This document shows positions 41,001 to 53,900 of a stretch of DNA of 64,000 nucleotides, in pieces. Under the pieces are notes generated by a model. The model saw only the letters and a list, made by a program, of their open reading frames with translations. It was not told the DNA's origin and did no database searches. The translations under genes and the position numbers were made by a program. The number at the start of each line of letters is the position of its first letter. Positions within the stretch are counted from its first letter, which is position 1. Source of the DNA: Trichosphaerium sp. ATCC 40318 (taxonomy: Eukaryota > Protista > Tubulinea); contig JALMLS010000343.1 of NCBI GenBank assembly GCA_038496445.1, positions 62,001 through 126,000 of the forward strand. The letters are read 5' to 3'.

Positions 41001-44000
41001 CACTCATGAGTGTAAATGATCATGCTAAGTGCTTTTCTTTTAGGCGGTAATCCAGCAAGTGTTTACAGAAAACAATTACCTCAAGGAAGCGATTGTTGAT
41101 GTTCTTGTTAATTTATGGGATAAAAGATACTTGGATAGTATTATACATAGTGCTTGCCAAGCTCTACAAACAGGAGAGTCTATCATGCCGCTCATGGACT
41201 TGATCAATATGTCGCTAGAGTTTATAATTAATAAGATTATTGGAACCTCAATATCTGGTAACCAAAACAGTTTTACTGTTAGACCTAACTAACAGAAAAT
41301 TAGAAATTACTCGCAATTTCGCTTTGGAGACTATTATGGCTATCCGCAGTGTTGAAAACGAATATCACCGCAAAGCTTTAGAGGAAGTTACTGTACTGGG
41401 TCTTTCAAACATTGACTGGAATTTACCTGTACGTTAACCTAAAGATCACAGTCTATTAACTATTTTACTTTAGAAGAACTTCCTTTCCTTGAATATTTTA
41501 CAACTGCCTCATGTATCTCACTCTCAAAAAGCTCCAGCTTCATTACCATTGTATCATGTGTTATCATCTAAATTAACAGACGCTCTTGATAAGGCAAGAC
41601 AATGCGTTGGTTTAAGCGGAGCACAAAACATAGCAACTACAGTACTTCAACAACTTAACCTTATGTTGAAGCTCGACAAACCGCTACAAGTGCGTACACA
41701 AGCTATCCTGAAAACAATAACACTTCAAAACTTACTTATATCTTACTAGAAATGGATTAACGCTATCATACAAGATCCTTTCCTTCTAAGAATGTTTAAA
41801 GAGGTACATTAGACTTAGCGCCAATCAAAAACCTAACAAGAATTAGGACTTTGTCAAACACACTCTTGGTCTACCAGATATTTCTCAAGAAGAACTAGAT
41901 GTGAGACTGTTTCGGTTTTCAAAACAACTACTAACTGTGTGTAGGTTTACGTAAAATGGCTTGGCGTCAATAGTCAAGAAGCCACAAATCCAATAACAGC
42001 TTGGTTCACATCTTTGAATGAAGATGCAACGGCTATTGGCTTCTTTCACGTTTGCTTAAAACCTCTTCTTCAGACAACAGGCACTTTAGATCTGAGAATT
42101 GATCAGGATATTACACCTCAAAACTTTGAATCTCTTGTCCATGAACACACCATTAGGTATACATCATTTATTCACAATTATAAGATTAACCATTATCAGA
42201 ACTTACTGGAAGCGTCTTCATGAACTTTATGATGCACCTGATGATGTTCTAACTAAATGGTTTGACGGATTCAGATTATTGAAGGTACGTAGCCATTGCT
42301 TGTTAGATTGTTTCGCTCACACTTTTACAGGCTCGATTACCAAGCCACTTTGAACGTAATACAATGTTACCAAGAGCTCTAAGACATCAATATGACGTAA
42401 TGTGTACATTATTTTCTTTCGTTATGAACTGCCATGTTAAACCACGTGACACTGTAACTTGGTTTTCAAAGCTTCAAGTTGAAGAAGAAGGAACAACAGC
42501 ATCACTCTTAACACTCCATATGGTACCTTCTGACAATCAATACTCAATGGTTAACCTTTCATAGAAACTTGTTGAGTTACTGCAACCACAAGTAGAAGAC
42601 AAGGAAGTGCTTCGTCAATGTCTTGAACACTTCTTCGAAGATTGGGCCATATCAACATTCATTCCTGCGAATACTAACTCAGCAATACTTCAAAAACCTC
42701 CAAGAGAAGACTTCAAGGAAGATCTTCGTCTTCTTTTTGAAATAATTGACGGACAATCCTTTGAGATCGTGAACGCGCACTTGCGTTTACCAATACAAGC
42801 ACGTGTTTTGAAGTCGCTTCTAAGAACAAAATGGAGAGATGATGTGTTGGATATACTTGGAGCCCAAATGGCTATGAGGGCTTCAGCTGATAGATACACA
42901 CCTCCAGAGCTTGTAGCTTGTCAAGGTGCGCATGATAATCACTTACCAAAAGTGCTTCAAGCTTTTTCTCACGTCTGCTCTAGAAGACGAAGAAGAACAT
43001 ACATCTCCTCTACAGTATCTATACTATGCCACATTATGTGAAGAGCTATCTCCTAAATCTATTGGGGCCATTGCCCAATACTTTGTAGATTGCACACCAG
43101 AAACTTTTGTGAAAAAGGCGTCAAGATGTATTCAAATAGTGAATAAGGAAGCATACAGACTAAGTGCAATAAAAGGTACGATTTGCACGTTTGAAAAGTA
43201 TTCTGCTAACAACCTTTTTACAGCTGCCGCAATCCAACTATCGTGCTCAAACAACTTCATAACGCTTGTTCAAAGTTGGACTCAATCCCAAGGAGGTGCT
43301 CAACCAGTTTGTGACACCTTGAAGAAGATATTTGAACAGCAAGACTACCAGGTACACATTATCTCCTTTTTTCAGCCTGCCCTCTTTGCTAAGTTTTTAC
43401 TAGTCTATATTCTTCTCGAGCTTTACTAATGATGGACAAGTCATCAAGTTACTTAAAGCGAAGGATACCATGGCGAGCTTAGGACTTGAGAATTGGGTAA
43501 TAGATGATAATGTTTCATCGCTCCCACTCCACAAATGGCCTTTCATGATTGATACTGAGCATTCTGACCATGCGTTTTACAAGACAATTGAAACTCATGT
43601 ATCAAGTAATGACCTTAAAGCATTCGAAGCGTGGATACAAGAAGAAGTAGGCAATCAACCTGCGTCGTGTCTAAAGATAAGAATGTTCTTGCTTGTAGCT
43701 ACCTATTACAATTACTTTGAACTCGGAAACTCCTGTGGATTCACTTCATCCGCTATACAGAACCAAACTGTCTCTCAACTCCTCAGGTTAACAGCAGATG
43801 AGAAGGTTGTTTTCGATTTCTTTTCTAAAGCTCCACCTGATGCTCCAGTTCATGATGACTTGCTATTCGAGTTTTCTATAACAGCCCTTCAAGATAATGA
43901 AAGAGATAACTCAATGCGTCATATTCTTTTCTTGCTGATTGCTGTTACTATCGGACTGGCTCCTAACAAGTCACACTTTTATCCTAGAACATTCGCACCA

Positions 44001-47000
44001 GGAGCTGTAAGTTATTTGCTTAAGTTAACATCTAAACAACTTGTGTAGGTTGGCAAACATAAAGGAAGAGCTCCTGGAAGCACCAGGCCTGGATCATATT
44101 CTGCTAATGATTGTGGGTACATACTCAACAACGGAAAGCTCCTTGGTTCGTTATAGTTAGCTTATTGTGTTCACTAACCTTGCACTTAAATAGGCAATAC
44201 AATGTTCAGCGGTTCTAGACTTTCAACTCTTGCCAACAACTCTCTCACATGGGGTTCATTTGCAATGTCACTACTAGTAAACTATGCCAAGTTTGCACCA
44301 CAAGTTACACCATATTGTTATCATGGAAAATACCACGACTTGCTACGTCAAGATAACGGCATAAACTTAGCTGATTACACTCAAGAACAACAACTAAAAC
44401 TCTACGTTATGACTCGGTACGACTACTTTTCTTTTGTTCCAATATACCGCCTAATACAAGCAATAGTGCTCGTGTGTTTTATACGTATGTGTGCTCTGAT
44501 GAGAACATCAAACAAGCTGGGATCGAACCATTATTCTTCATGACTTTATCATTATGGCAATTCTTTGTTGTAGTCAGTAACGTGCGTGGAAACAAATCTG
44601 AATACTCCAATTCAACTTATTGACACTTGTGTCAGGGAGATGCAGCTGCTCTAGACTACTTTGACAACCATCAACAAACACAAGCTTATGAAACAATGAT
44701 GAAAGTAAAAGTGTTCGACTTTGTACTATCTAAAGCAGGGTACAACATAGTATAAGTCCAAATGACAATTTAATGTTGATTTAGTGCCATAAAACAAAAG
44801 TACAAGCAAGCCTATTTGCAAAGCGAACGGCTTCAGCAAATAAACGAAAAATCTGAGATACTTCAACAGTTACCAATATTGTTCCCTTCATACGACTTAT
44901 TCGATAAAGTATGGCTTTTTAACAGCTCCCTATATTCGTATTTACAATTAACAACTGTGTTAGGCATTGGCAGACTCAACTGAAGACTTTTCTATACTTC
45001 GCACTTTTAAGAGCGAACGAGATAACTTGAGACTGCTTGTTCACTTGCCGTTCTTTGTTCATGCGTACAGGTAGGACATTTGTTTGGGTTAAGGCTGTTT
45101 TTCTTAACGTCTTTTTTTAACAAGGTGGATAAATGACACGTTTGCGTACAAGTTTACTGTAGAAGATGCACAACGTATTACGGTGCCTGAAGCTATTCAA
45201 AGGCTTCAAGTCAACACATCAAAGAAGAATGCACACTTTTTGCTGTGGCAAGACATCAAACAAAAATGGAAGTCAATCAAGGATGTGTACGACATTGCTC
45301 CACTATAACATTTTACCTTATGATCTCACGTGATTAAAAACCTTTCTAGATTACAGTATTTCAGAGTGTGCAATGACGCCATGGAGAATGGTGAAGGTGA
45401 TATTCCAGATATAACAGATGAAACTCTCTTTTCAAGTGAGTACTCAAAGTCCCATTTATTGAGAGTTCTGCTTGCTTATCCTTTCTACAGGTCTTGTATC
45501 AATTGGATCTGAAAGGACCAACACAGAGCTTTTATATATCATCGAAGAGCTTGGAAAGTTGCAGGCGAACGTAATTGGATCTGCTGCAGCTTTGACCGAA
45601 GAAGAAAATTCAGGCGACATTAACACACTAGGTGCTACGTTTAATCCATTCGGTCTGGCTTGTGATTCTCATTTCGAGGTACAATATTTTAACACAACAA
45701 TACTCATTCTATTAGGACTACTGTCTCGCATATTTACCATCACTTGTAAAGTCAGAGGTGCGCTGGCTCCTCTGCACAGGAGATATTGAAGGCGAATTTG
45801 AAGGTACCATATGACTCTACGGTATTGTGCATGCTTGCTAAGCAGTATTAGATCTTGTACGCAGTCATATCAATATTATTAGAGATGAGGAAGGATCACT
45901 ATCACTTAAAGTAGACCTTGGAAAGTACGTGTTTCTCAGCATGGATTATGTTCTTATAAACTTGTTTCAGGCTTCAACGTCAAGTTCTCGACAAGTACTT
46001 TTCCGGACGAGTATTCAAGTGGCTTGATGGAAGTCCTATATCTTTCAAGCGTGATTTCAAAACAGCTTCTCCAGGAATGGAAGCTACAACTTTACTAAAA
46101 GAAGATGACCTTCCACAAGAGTATAGTGAAAACATCATCTGACTTTTTCTTATTATTTTCTTAGTGATCGCTTCGCTCCAAAGAGACAGTTCCACCATCT
46201 CTTAAACCAACTCAATAAGCGTTATTGTGAAGAAGACACTTCCAATCAAGTAGTAGCTATATTGGCCGGTAAAAGTACAGAGCATAGGCTTATGACGCTA
46301 CTTCGTGAATTGACAAACGTTGCAAATTACTTGGTCGAAAAAGAAGATGAGCTATCAAAAGATGCTACTACACAAGACCAACCTATAAATTATCTCAAAC
46401 TAGACTATGTTTCCTCTGGAGAAAGATGGCTAGATCGTATATGGCGCCAAGTACATCTCAATCACTTACAAGTGTTCGGAAAAACAGTTCTTGAAAAACT
46501 GCTTTCAAAGGACTACCTCTTCAATAACTTGCATGAAAACTTGAGCCATCCTATTCCACAGCGTACTCTAGAAGTATTAGAAATAGAGTTTGCTCCTTTA
46601 AGAGACGACACAGCACCTGCAGTCGAGCAACAAGTAGCCCTTGAGAACATGCAAAAGATTGCTAATTTCTTCCTTCTTAAAGAAGAAGTTCAGGTATGAC
46701 TCTCGCTTTTTTTTGATGACAAACTTACTCTTTCCTTAAGCACCTTGCATCCAATTCATCATCTAAGACGCTGAGGAAGTTATTCGCTACTCAACTTGAA
46801 GGACTAGGCATTGATCAAGAACAACTTGACAAGTTCTTGCCACAAGAAATTCTTGCTAAACACTTCAGAAGTTATGTTTGTCTTGTACAGCAAACATGCG
46901 GGTTGATGTTATTTCACCTTCAATCATCAAAGAAAGCGTACGTTATTGACAATAACCACCCTATGCGCAGCTTTAAGTGGGGTTCTTCTAAGAGTGTTCT

Positions 47001-49363
47001 AGGAAGACTAATGTTTATGTTGAACTTGTACCAAACAGCTCAGATAATACCCCTCTTCCAGATGCCGAACCTCTTACCTTTGAACCCGTACAAGAAGAAC
47101 CTCAACCTCAATTTGTTATCCCATCTCTAAATGCAGCAGGTACTGTTTAAAAAAAGAAGAGTTAAAGCTGTTTCCGAAATATCTAACAAACTGCTAGCTC
47201 TTCCCGACCTTGCAAGCTTTAATATCAATATAAACGATTTCAACTTTCCAGAAAACATGCAATACCACGCATTCGACAACTTTGACGTAGATGAGCTTTT
47301 GAATGAAGGTATACAGTACTTACACTGCACACCAAACTAATAGTTTGGTGATAGGAGAAGCTGATGTTTCAGATGATGATGAAGACTTTGAGGACAACCA
47401 AGAAGATGACGATGAAGTTGAGGAAGACGACGATGATATCGCACAGGAAATGGAAGATATAGAGAAGGAAGATAAGCACTTGGAAGAAGATGAAGATGAA
47501 ATACAGGAAGACGATGATGATATCGCCAAAGAAATGGAAGCAATTGAAAACGAAGACAGACACCTTGTTGAAGACCCAACTGTTCAAGTGGATACAAGTG
47601 GTCGTACACCTGTACCAAAAGGTTCTTTCATTGCAGAAGATAGTATCAAGGGTATGTAGAGGTATTACAACGGTTTTTAACTAACTATAAAAGCAGAACC
47701 TTCGAAGAAACACGATACTGTAGATATAGATTTGACATTAGAAGTTGAAGATATTGTCTTTAGGAAAGACGTCAAGGACACTGACTCTGATGATGAAGTT
47801 GAAGATGGCATGATTATTATTAGCACAACGTATAAGGAAGAGGATTACAATATTGACCTTGCTACTGATGATACACTTGGCGATTTTTTGGAATGTCTAC
47901 AGGATGAGGTATGTTTTAAGAAACCACGTGTTTTTACCATTTTTTTAACTGCTTATGAATTAGATTGGAGATGATTTTCCTGTTTTGTATGAACTCTTTA
48001 ATAATGGGTCACTTATTTTTAGCAACAATGACATGCTAATCGAGCACCTATTCCCAAAACAGAAGAAAGTCAAGCTTGTTCTAAAGGGTAATAAAAAAAA
48101 CTACCATCAAAACGTGATGATACTTACTGACAAAAATCTTTCCAGAGAAAGATGAGTTTTATGATATAACAGTATCAATAAATGGAAAAGAACTTCAAAT
48201 AACCGTTGAAGATGGAGCAGAAGTAGAAGAGATTTTAGAGCTAATAAAAGACGAAGCAAAGGTAATCATCAAACAACATATTCTCCTCTCACTTTACATC
48301 TTTTGAAACAACCTCCTAACTGATTTCATTCCAGGATGTCCTTGGCATAGATGTAATGGAAGATTCTATTTTCAATGTAGTAGGACCAGACAACAAAGTA
48401 GAAGCTTTAAATGTACGACATCACCAAGCTCTACATGAACTTCTGTTTTTTAACATTCTGTTTTAGTCTCACCTGAAAGAGAGTATCGGCTCAGTACTTA
48501 TGGGAAGTAGATTGCTGACTATCAAGTCACCTAGTATTGGTTTGACAGTTAAATGCATAATCGATGGAAAGCCTGAAAAGATTCTTGTAGTCGAAGAGAA
48601 CCCATGCATCTATGATCTAAGAAACTCAATTGTGCGTACAAAAAATTCTTGAAGCAAGTTTTTTGCTTTCTTTTCCTTCGGTTTGGCATGTTCCAGCTGT
48701 CTTATGTTTGTCTTCTTTTATAGAGTAAGAAACTTGGTGTTAGTATCAACATAATATCACTTAAAACAGCTATTCAAAACTATGGAGAATTAACCCTTGC
48801 GTTATCTCTTGATAGTGCTCCGATTTCATTACCAGTTTTCAAAGGATTTACTTGTATAAGACTGAAAGATTCTACCAACACCATTGATCCAGAAAGACCA
48901 GCATTAAGGAACTTCGAAGATTGTACACGTACGTATTGGAATAGTAAAGTAGTGAAGAACAAAAAATCAACATTATGGGATCTGGCTGACTTGTTTTTTT
49001 TCTGCAGCTGTTAAATGTGTTATTGAAGACGAAAATGAGTTTTTGGTTCTTGTAAAACAGAACTCATTCTTGGAGTCAATCACTGAAGAGTTACTGCTGG
49101 TAAGTCAATCTATATTTTAGTATAGCATTTGGTAGGTTGTAATTAACAATGTATTAGAACACTGATGCTAAAGACGCAGCTGAACTTCATAAAAAGTATA
49201 AGTTTTACAAAGGCAAAGGTGAGTTTTTTTTTTAAGTACTTGAGTATTAATGATGTTCAAAAAAGGTTCTGGAACGCGTATATCTAGTCCAAAATTAATG
49301 AAGAAAATCCAATTATCAAAACTAAATGCACCTATTCTACGTTTGATGCGAAAAACAAGGTAG
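29089..49363 (+). CDS. Giant RNF213/mysterin-like dynein-type AAA+ ATPase with C-terminal acidic repeat and tandem ubiquitin-like domains
   Basis: Motifs colinear with RNF213: GNPRDGKST; YYLTPDFALK..LLEGGTGVGKS; VVFVDELNT..KEVFIDH..VGAINPY; ALLENIY..KLPLIIIGPPGCSKT; VVFIDEGGL; SNKMLDAAKSNRA; QRDFVYF; METGDTVVLFN..SFYDVVN..CKVHPKFKMI..PFLNRFEKY. Confidence 0.9.
47402..47570 (+). repeat. Two-copy 84-nt (28 aa) acidic coding tandem repeat
   Basis: EDDDEVEEDDDDIAQEMEDIEKEDKHLE / EDEDEIQEDDDDIAKEMEAIENEDRHLV. Confidence 0.85.
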
Positions 49364-49971
49364 ACTATTTGTAACATAAACGTAATAATAAAAAACAACG
49401 CTTGTACAATCACGTGACAACTAGATGGCAAAATACTTATTAGAGCTCGTTCCGAAAAAGCATAAAAAAGTGACTACGACTCTAGCGGGTGGTGCTGTGC
49501 TAGGATAATCACTGTATGGAAACTGACATTGCAAGCAATATCAATTCACCATTAGTTTTCCAAATAGTGGGGTTAGAAGGAAGTGACACGTGGTCACTTG
49601 CCTGGGGTTTAACCCAAGCTGAAGTTTTACTACACATGATCAAAGCCATTAGGCCGAGAAACACATGAGAAGGAAACGTCAATACCCTTTTATCATCAGC
49701 ATTGTGTAGAATTAAAAAATTGTGGTTTGTGTGATCAAAGTGCCAAAGATTTGAAACGGCAAAATTCACTGAATTTTCTTGTCTTGATTTTTGAGCTCTG
49801 CTACGTCCAATCGTTATTTTCTTGCACAAATCAGTTTGTACTGGCACTCATTATGTTTGAATGCAATCACTTTTAGTGGAGATATGTACTTGTGGGTTGA
49901 ATTCGAGTATGCAATTTCAAGTATTAATTTTAGTTTGTACACTCTGTAACATGCATACTAAAAGTATTTAC

Positions 49972-50043
49972 AGCCTCCTATGGGGATTGAACACATGACC
50001 AAACGGACAAGAACCGTTCGCTCTACCGCTGAGCTAAGAAGGC
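49972..50043 (-). tRNA. Atypical tRNA or pseudo-tRNA, nominal anticodon CTT (Lys)
   Basis: GCCTTCT-TA-GCTC/GAGC D arm; AACGG-TTCTTGT-CCGTT; ATGTG-TTCAATC-CCCAT; AGGAGGC-T. Has a T-stem mismatch and non-canonical G37/T38. Confidence 0.65.
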
Positions 50044-50951
50044 TTGCTGTTTAAGACATCAACAATACACAATTGAAATTCTCTGGCTTTTTTACATCGT
50101 CTAAGCTGCTCCCATTTGAGCTTTAACCAACACATAATGCACGTTATGTCAAACGAAGGCATAATCATACATATCAGCCACGGGCACAGAATTGCAACAA
50201 TGGCGTCTTCCCTTGTTAAACTTATCATATGAGTTAATTTTTTTAAATTTAGTTGTCTCACAATACGCGACGCCACACTAGTGGAACAAATACTAAAGGT
50301 GCTGTCCCTTTTGCCGCTATGTGTAGGTTATTTGAGCGGAAACTGACCGCTCTCGTTTTCAGGAGTTGATAGTTACGTAGGTAACACAGAATATAATAGG
50401 TATTTTTGTGACTTTACAGTATACGTGATTTTTCAATAGTGAGCTTTGCGATCATAGCAGCTGGCGAACGTAGAGCACGGGTTCACTTTTCATCGGAACT
50501 TTTTCGTTGGGAAAAGAACCCGACCTTCGCACATGTTGTTGTCAGCCATTGGTGGGTACGACACTGCAGTGAGAGAAAATTAGAACTAATTTCGAACAAG
50601 TTAAACTTTGGCTTCTCACGACTTACCTACCAATTTGCCTGTGCTAAACGCATGTATCTTTTTGTGTGCGTCAATAGGATTGAGTTACACCTAGTCCGAA
50701 ATGTACGACGTAATCTCAAGTTTAAAAGAGTGTCCACCAATATTTGTTCACAGTGCTTATAAAGCTGACTAGATCTGTGGTAAGATGCAATAAATCAAGG
50801 TTCAAAAGAGTTTTTTCTGTAATTAAGTTCGTGTCGCACAACTTTATTGACATACGCTCAAAGCACTCAATACCTTATAAGAACGTTGTATTATTATAGT
50901 ATTTCTACAATAACAGAAACGGGAGGTAAATACCCGTAATTCATAAAAGTA

Positions 50952-53900
50952 ATGGACGATGGATTCCCTACTTCGCCACAGTTTCTGGCAGCTCGTTTTT
51001 TAGTTGACGAGTACGTTTAAATGAGGAAAATAGGTTTTAATGACGTAATGCTATCATAGTGCTCAAAATGAAGGCTTTTATCCTGGTGTAGACGGTGACA
51101 AGTACAAAAACACCATCAACAACAAACATTAATTCTGTTGTAGTTTTTTAAAAACATCTCTAGACGGACCTGCAATGGCTGGGGAGTTTTTAAGCCCATA
51201 CCCGATGATGGATACAACCTTTCAGAGTAATTATGATACAGCGTACTGAATTGCTCACTTTTCTATCTGTAGACGATAACGAGACGCTCTCAACCGAGTT
51301 TCCACCTCTTGAAATTGCCCCACCTTTTGTTAACGCTCATGTACTTACATATAATCCCTCAAATGATCTATTGCCGTTATCAGACGCGTCACCTCAATCT
51401 ACAGGTACATAAACTGACAAAAAAAGAAGATCAATACTATTTCCGTTATTATACTTTTCTACTGACGCGTACCACGCAGAGTCTCTTGCTGATATGGATA
51501 TTGAAGCGAAGTTCAGAGATATTAAGAAAGAACAAATAAATGCTGAACCAAAGAACCCTTTTTCTCGTTTTAACGTGCAAGTAACAGGTGGTACGTATAC
51601 CCTTCATTCTTGAAAAACTTTCCCCAAAACATTCAATCACAAACCCCAAACGGTAACTTTTGTCAAAATTTTCTTTTGTTGTAATCTAAATCGTATTAGT
51701 TGCCGATAAATCGCGCGTTGAGACGCAAATAAAAATGTCTATGGAAGTACTTGATGATAGTGGAAACCCTGCAAAGTTTTGGCGTTATTTAGAGATAGAC
51801 CCTAGTATTATGGCTCCTAAAATATTTAGAAAGCCTGCTAAAGGTATTGAGACAATATTCACTACGTTCGCGGCTCGTAAAAACCGCTGTGAACCTTTTT
51901 TTCTTGAATGTTTTTTTTTGGGTATCTGTTTCTAACTTATTACTCTATTAGGAGCTCCTTCAGATGAGCAACTATCAGAAGATGCTTCTAATGGATCAGT
52001 ATTGTATCTACAGTTGAAAGTAGTGGCTCATGGGCACGCGACGTTTAGACCAATTTTTTTTCTTTTCCCCTTTTTCTCACGTTTGTACTGACTACCTGTG
52101 CGCTATAGAAATGATGAGAAATTGATTTCACGTTGTATGAGCTGTGTACAAAGAGAAAGAAAAACATACTTAAAAAAGCTTTATGGTAAAAAAGCCGCAA
52201 AAGATCTTAATGCTTCACAGCTGAATGGTGGTTCTGATGGTTATTGTCTTGAATCTGCACGTAATCGTATAGTTCAATGCTATGGACCTTCATATATTGA
52301 CTACCAAAACGGTGAGTACTTGTTTTTTTGTTGTTTTTTTGGGTTTTTTCAACTATTTTTTTCCTTGGCTTACTGTTGCGTAGGAAAGACTATTATCCCG
52401 TCAAGAATTACTTGCTATTGTAGGCATCATAAAGAACCAAGTGGATTTGATGTTTTGGTTTCAGTGTTCGATAAGCAAACAGGACAGCAGGTACATCATA
52501 TGATTTGATTACAAATCCGTTCTCACCGATAGTAGGTTGGTCAAACAGCCAGGGCAGGTCCAATTATTATCACTGATGACCACAAAACAAAGGGTAAGCG
52601 TGGTACAAAGAGACAACCGCGCACAGCTAAAGTGAAGCGCGCAAGAACAATGCCTGCGCCTACTGAAAGTACGAACCATCAAACTTTTTTCTTCAAGATT
52701 TACATTTTTGTAGAACAACCAACAATTGAGAAAGTGATTCCTACAGATGGTCCTCTTCCTGGTGGAGTTGAAATAACAGTTCTTGGAGTCGGATTTGTTC
52801 CTTGTACGTTATTATTCTCTACACCTTGAAAAGTTAGTTAGCGCTAACTTTTTTGTTTGTTCTACCAGCAATGAAATGTGTGTTTGGCCAAAACATAGCT
52901 CCAGTATCAAAACTATGGGGTGACCATGCGATGTCATGTATTTTACCACCGGGTATTGCACCAGGTACTAAAACAATGAGTAATATTTAAACGTTGCTGA
53001 CGTGTAACAAAAAAAGGTCCAGTTGAAGTTTACCTCACTACTGATGCTTGTGATAAAGTTTACAAGAGTACACCTTGTGTATTCTTTACATACTTGGATC
53101 AATGCGAAAAGTACGTACTAAGTACATTCCACAACGCGAAAAATTACATTTTTTTTTCACGTTTCTATGAATTTCTTGATTTGATCAGAAATTGGTTCTT
53201 TTTGATTGGGGTTTTTGAACCCCAAAAATCAACTATTTTTTACACTTTTTTCTTCAGTCTACTACATCTGCGTGTAAAATAGACTGACACTCATGGTAAA
53301 ACACTAGGAACTTAATGGAGCTTGCTCTACAAGTTATTGGTATGCGTTTAACGGGTCAAATGCAAGATGCAAAGAATATCGCTAGGCGTATCATAACAGA
53401 GAATAATAGTCGTATTTCTCAAGGTCTTCAGCCTATATCTACGTCACCACGTACTGTTGGTAAACAAATGATGGATGAAGGTATGTATTAATCGTTTTCG
53501 TTACTTGCACAATATTTTTTGGGTTTTTCCGTGTGTTTCTCAACCCCACCAACAAAATCAACACGAAGTCTCACTTGGTCGTCAGTAAAATATTTTCGGA
53601 AATTAGAGAACACGGTTTTCGCACCTTTTCCACTACCCACCTTACTGGCTATCGATCGCTAATGAAATATTTCTAGGGGAGAAATTACCTGTTGAGACTC
53701 TTGTTATTGGCGCAATAGAGTATTCTACTACATTAGAAACAGAACCTGTTCATGATATAAACTTGTCAATACAAAATAGTAGTGGACACACGCTGCTTCA
53801 CTATGCAGTTCTTAAAAATTTCCCATCTCTTGTGATTTATCTATTGAAACAACGTACTGTTGATGTTAACTTACAAGACCGAAATGGGTGCGTACTGAAC

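Noticed and set aside
47320-47618. Ser-rich and hydrophobic antisense ORFs
   Set aside because: Reverse frames of the acidic repeat
49400-50900. Short ORFs in the long intergenic region
   Set aside because: No motifs or consistent splice pattern; likely non-coding
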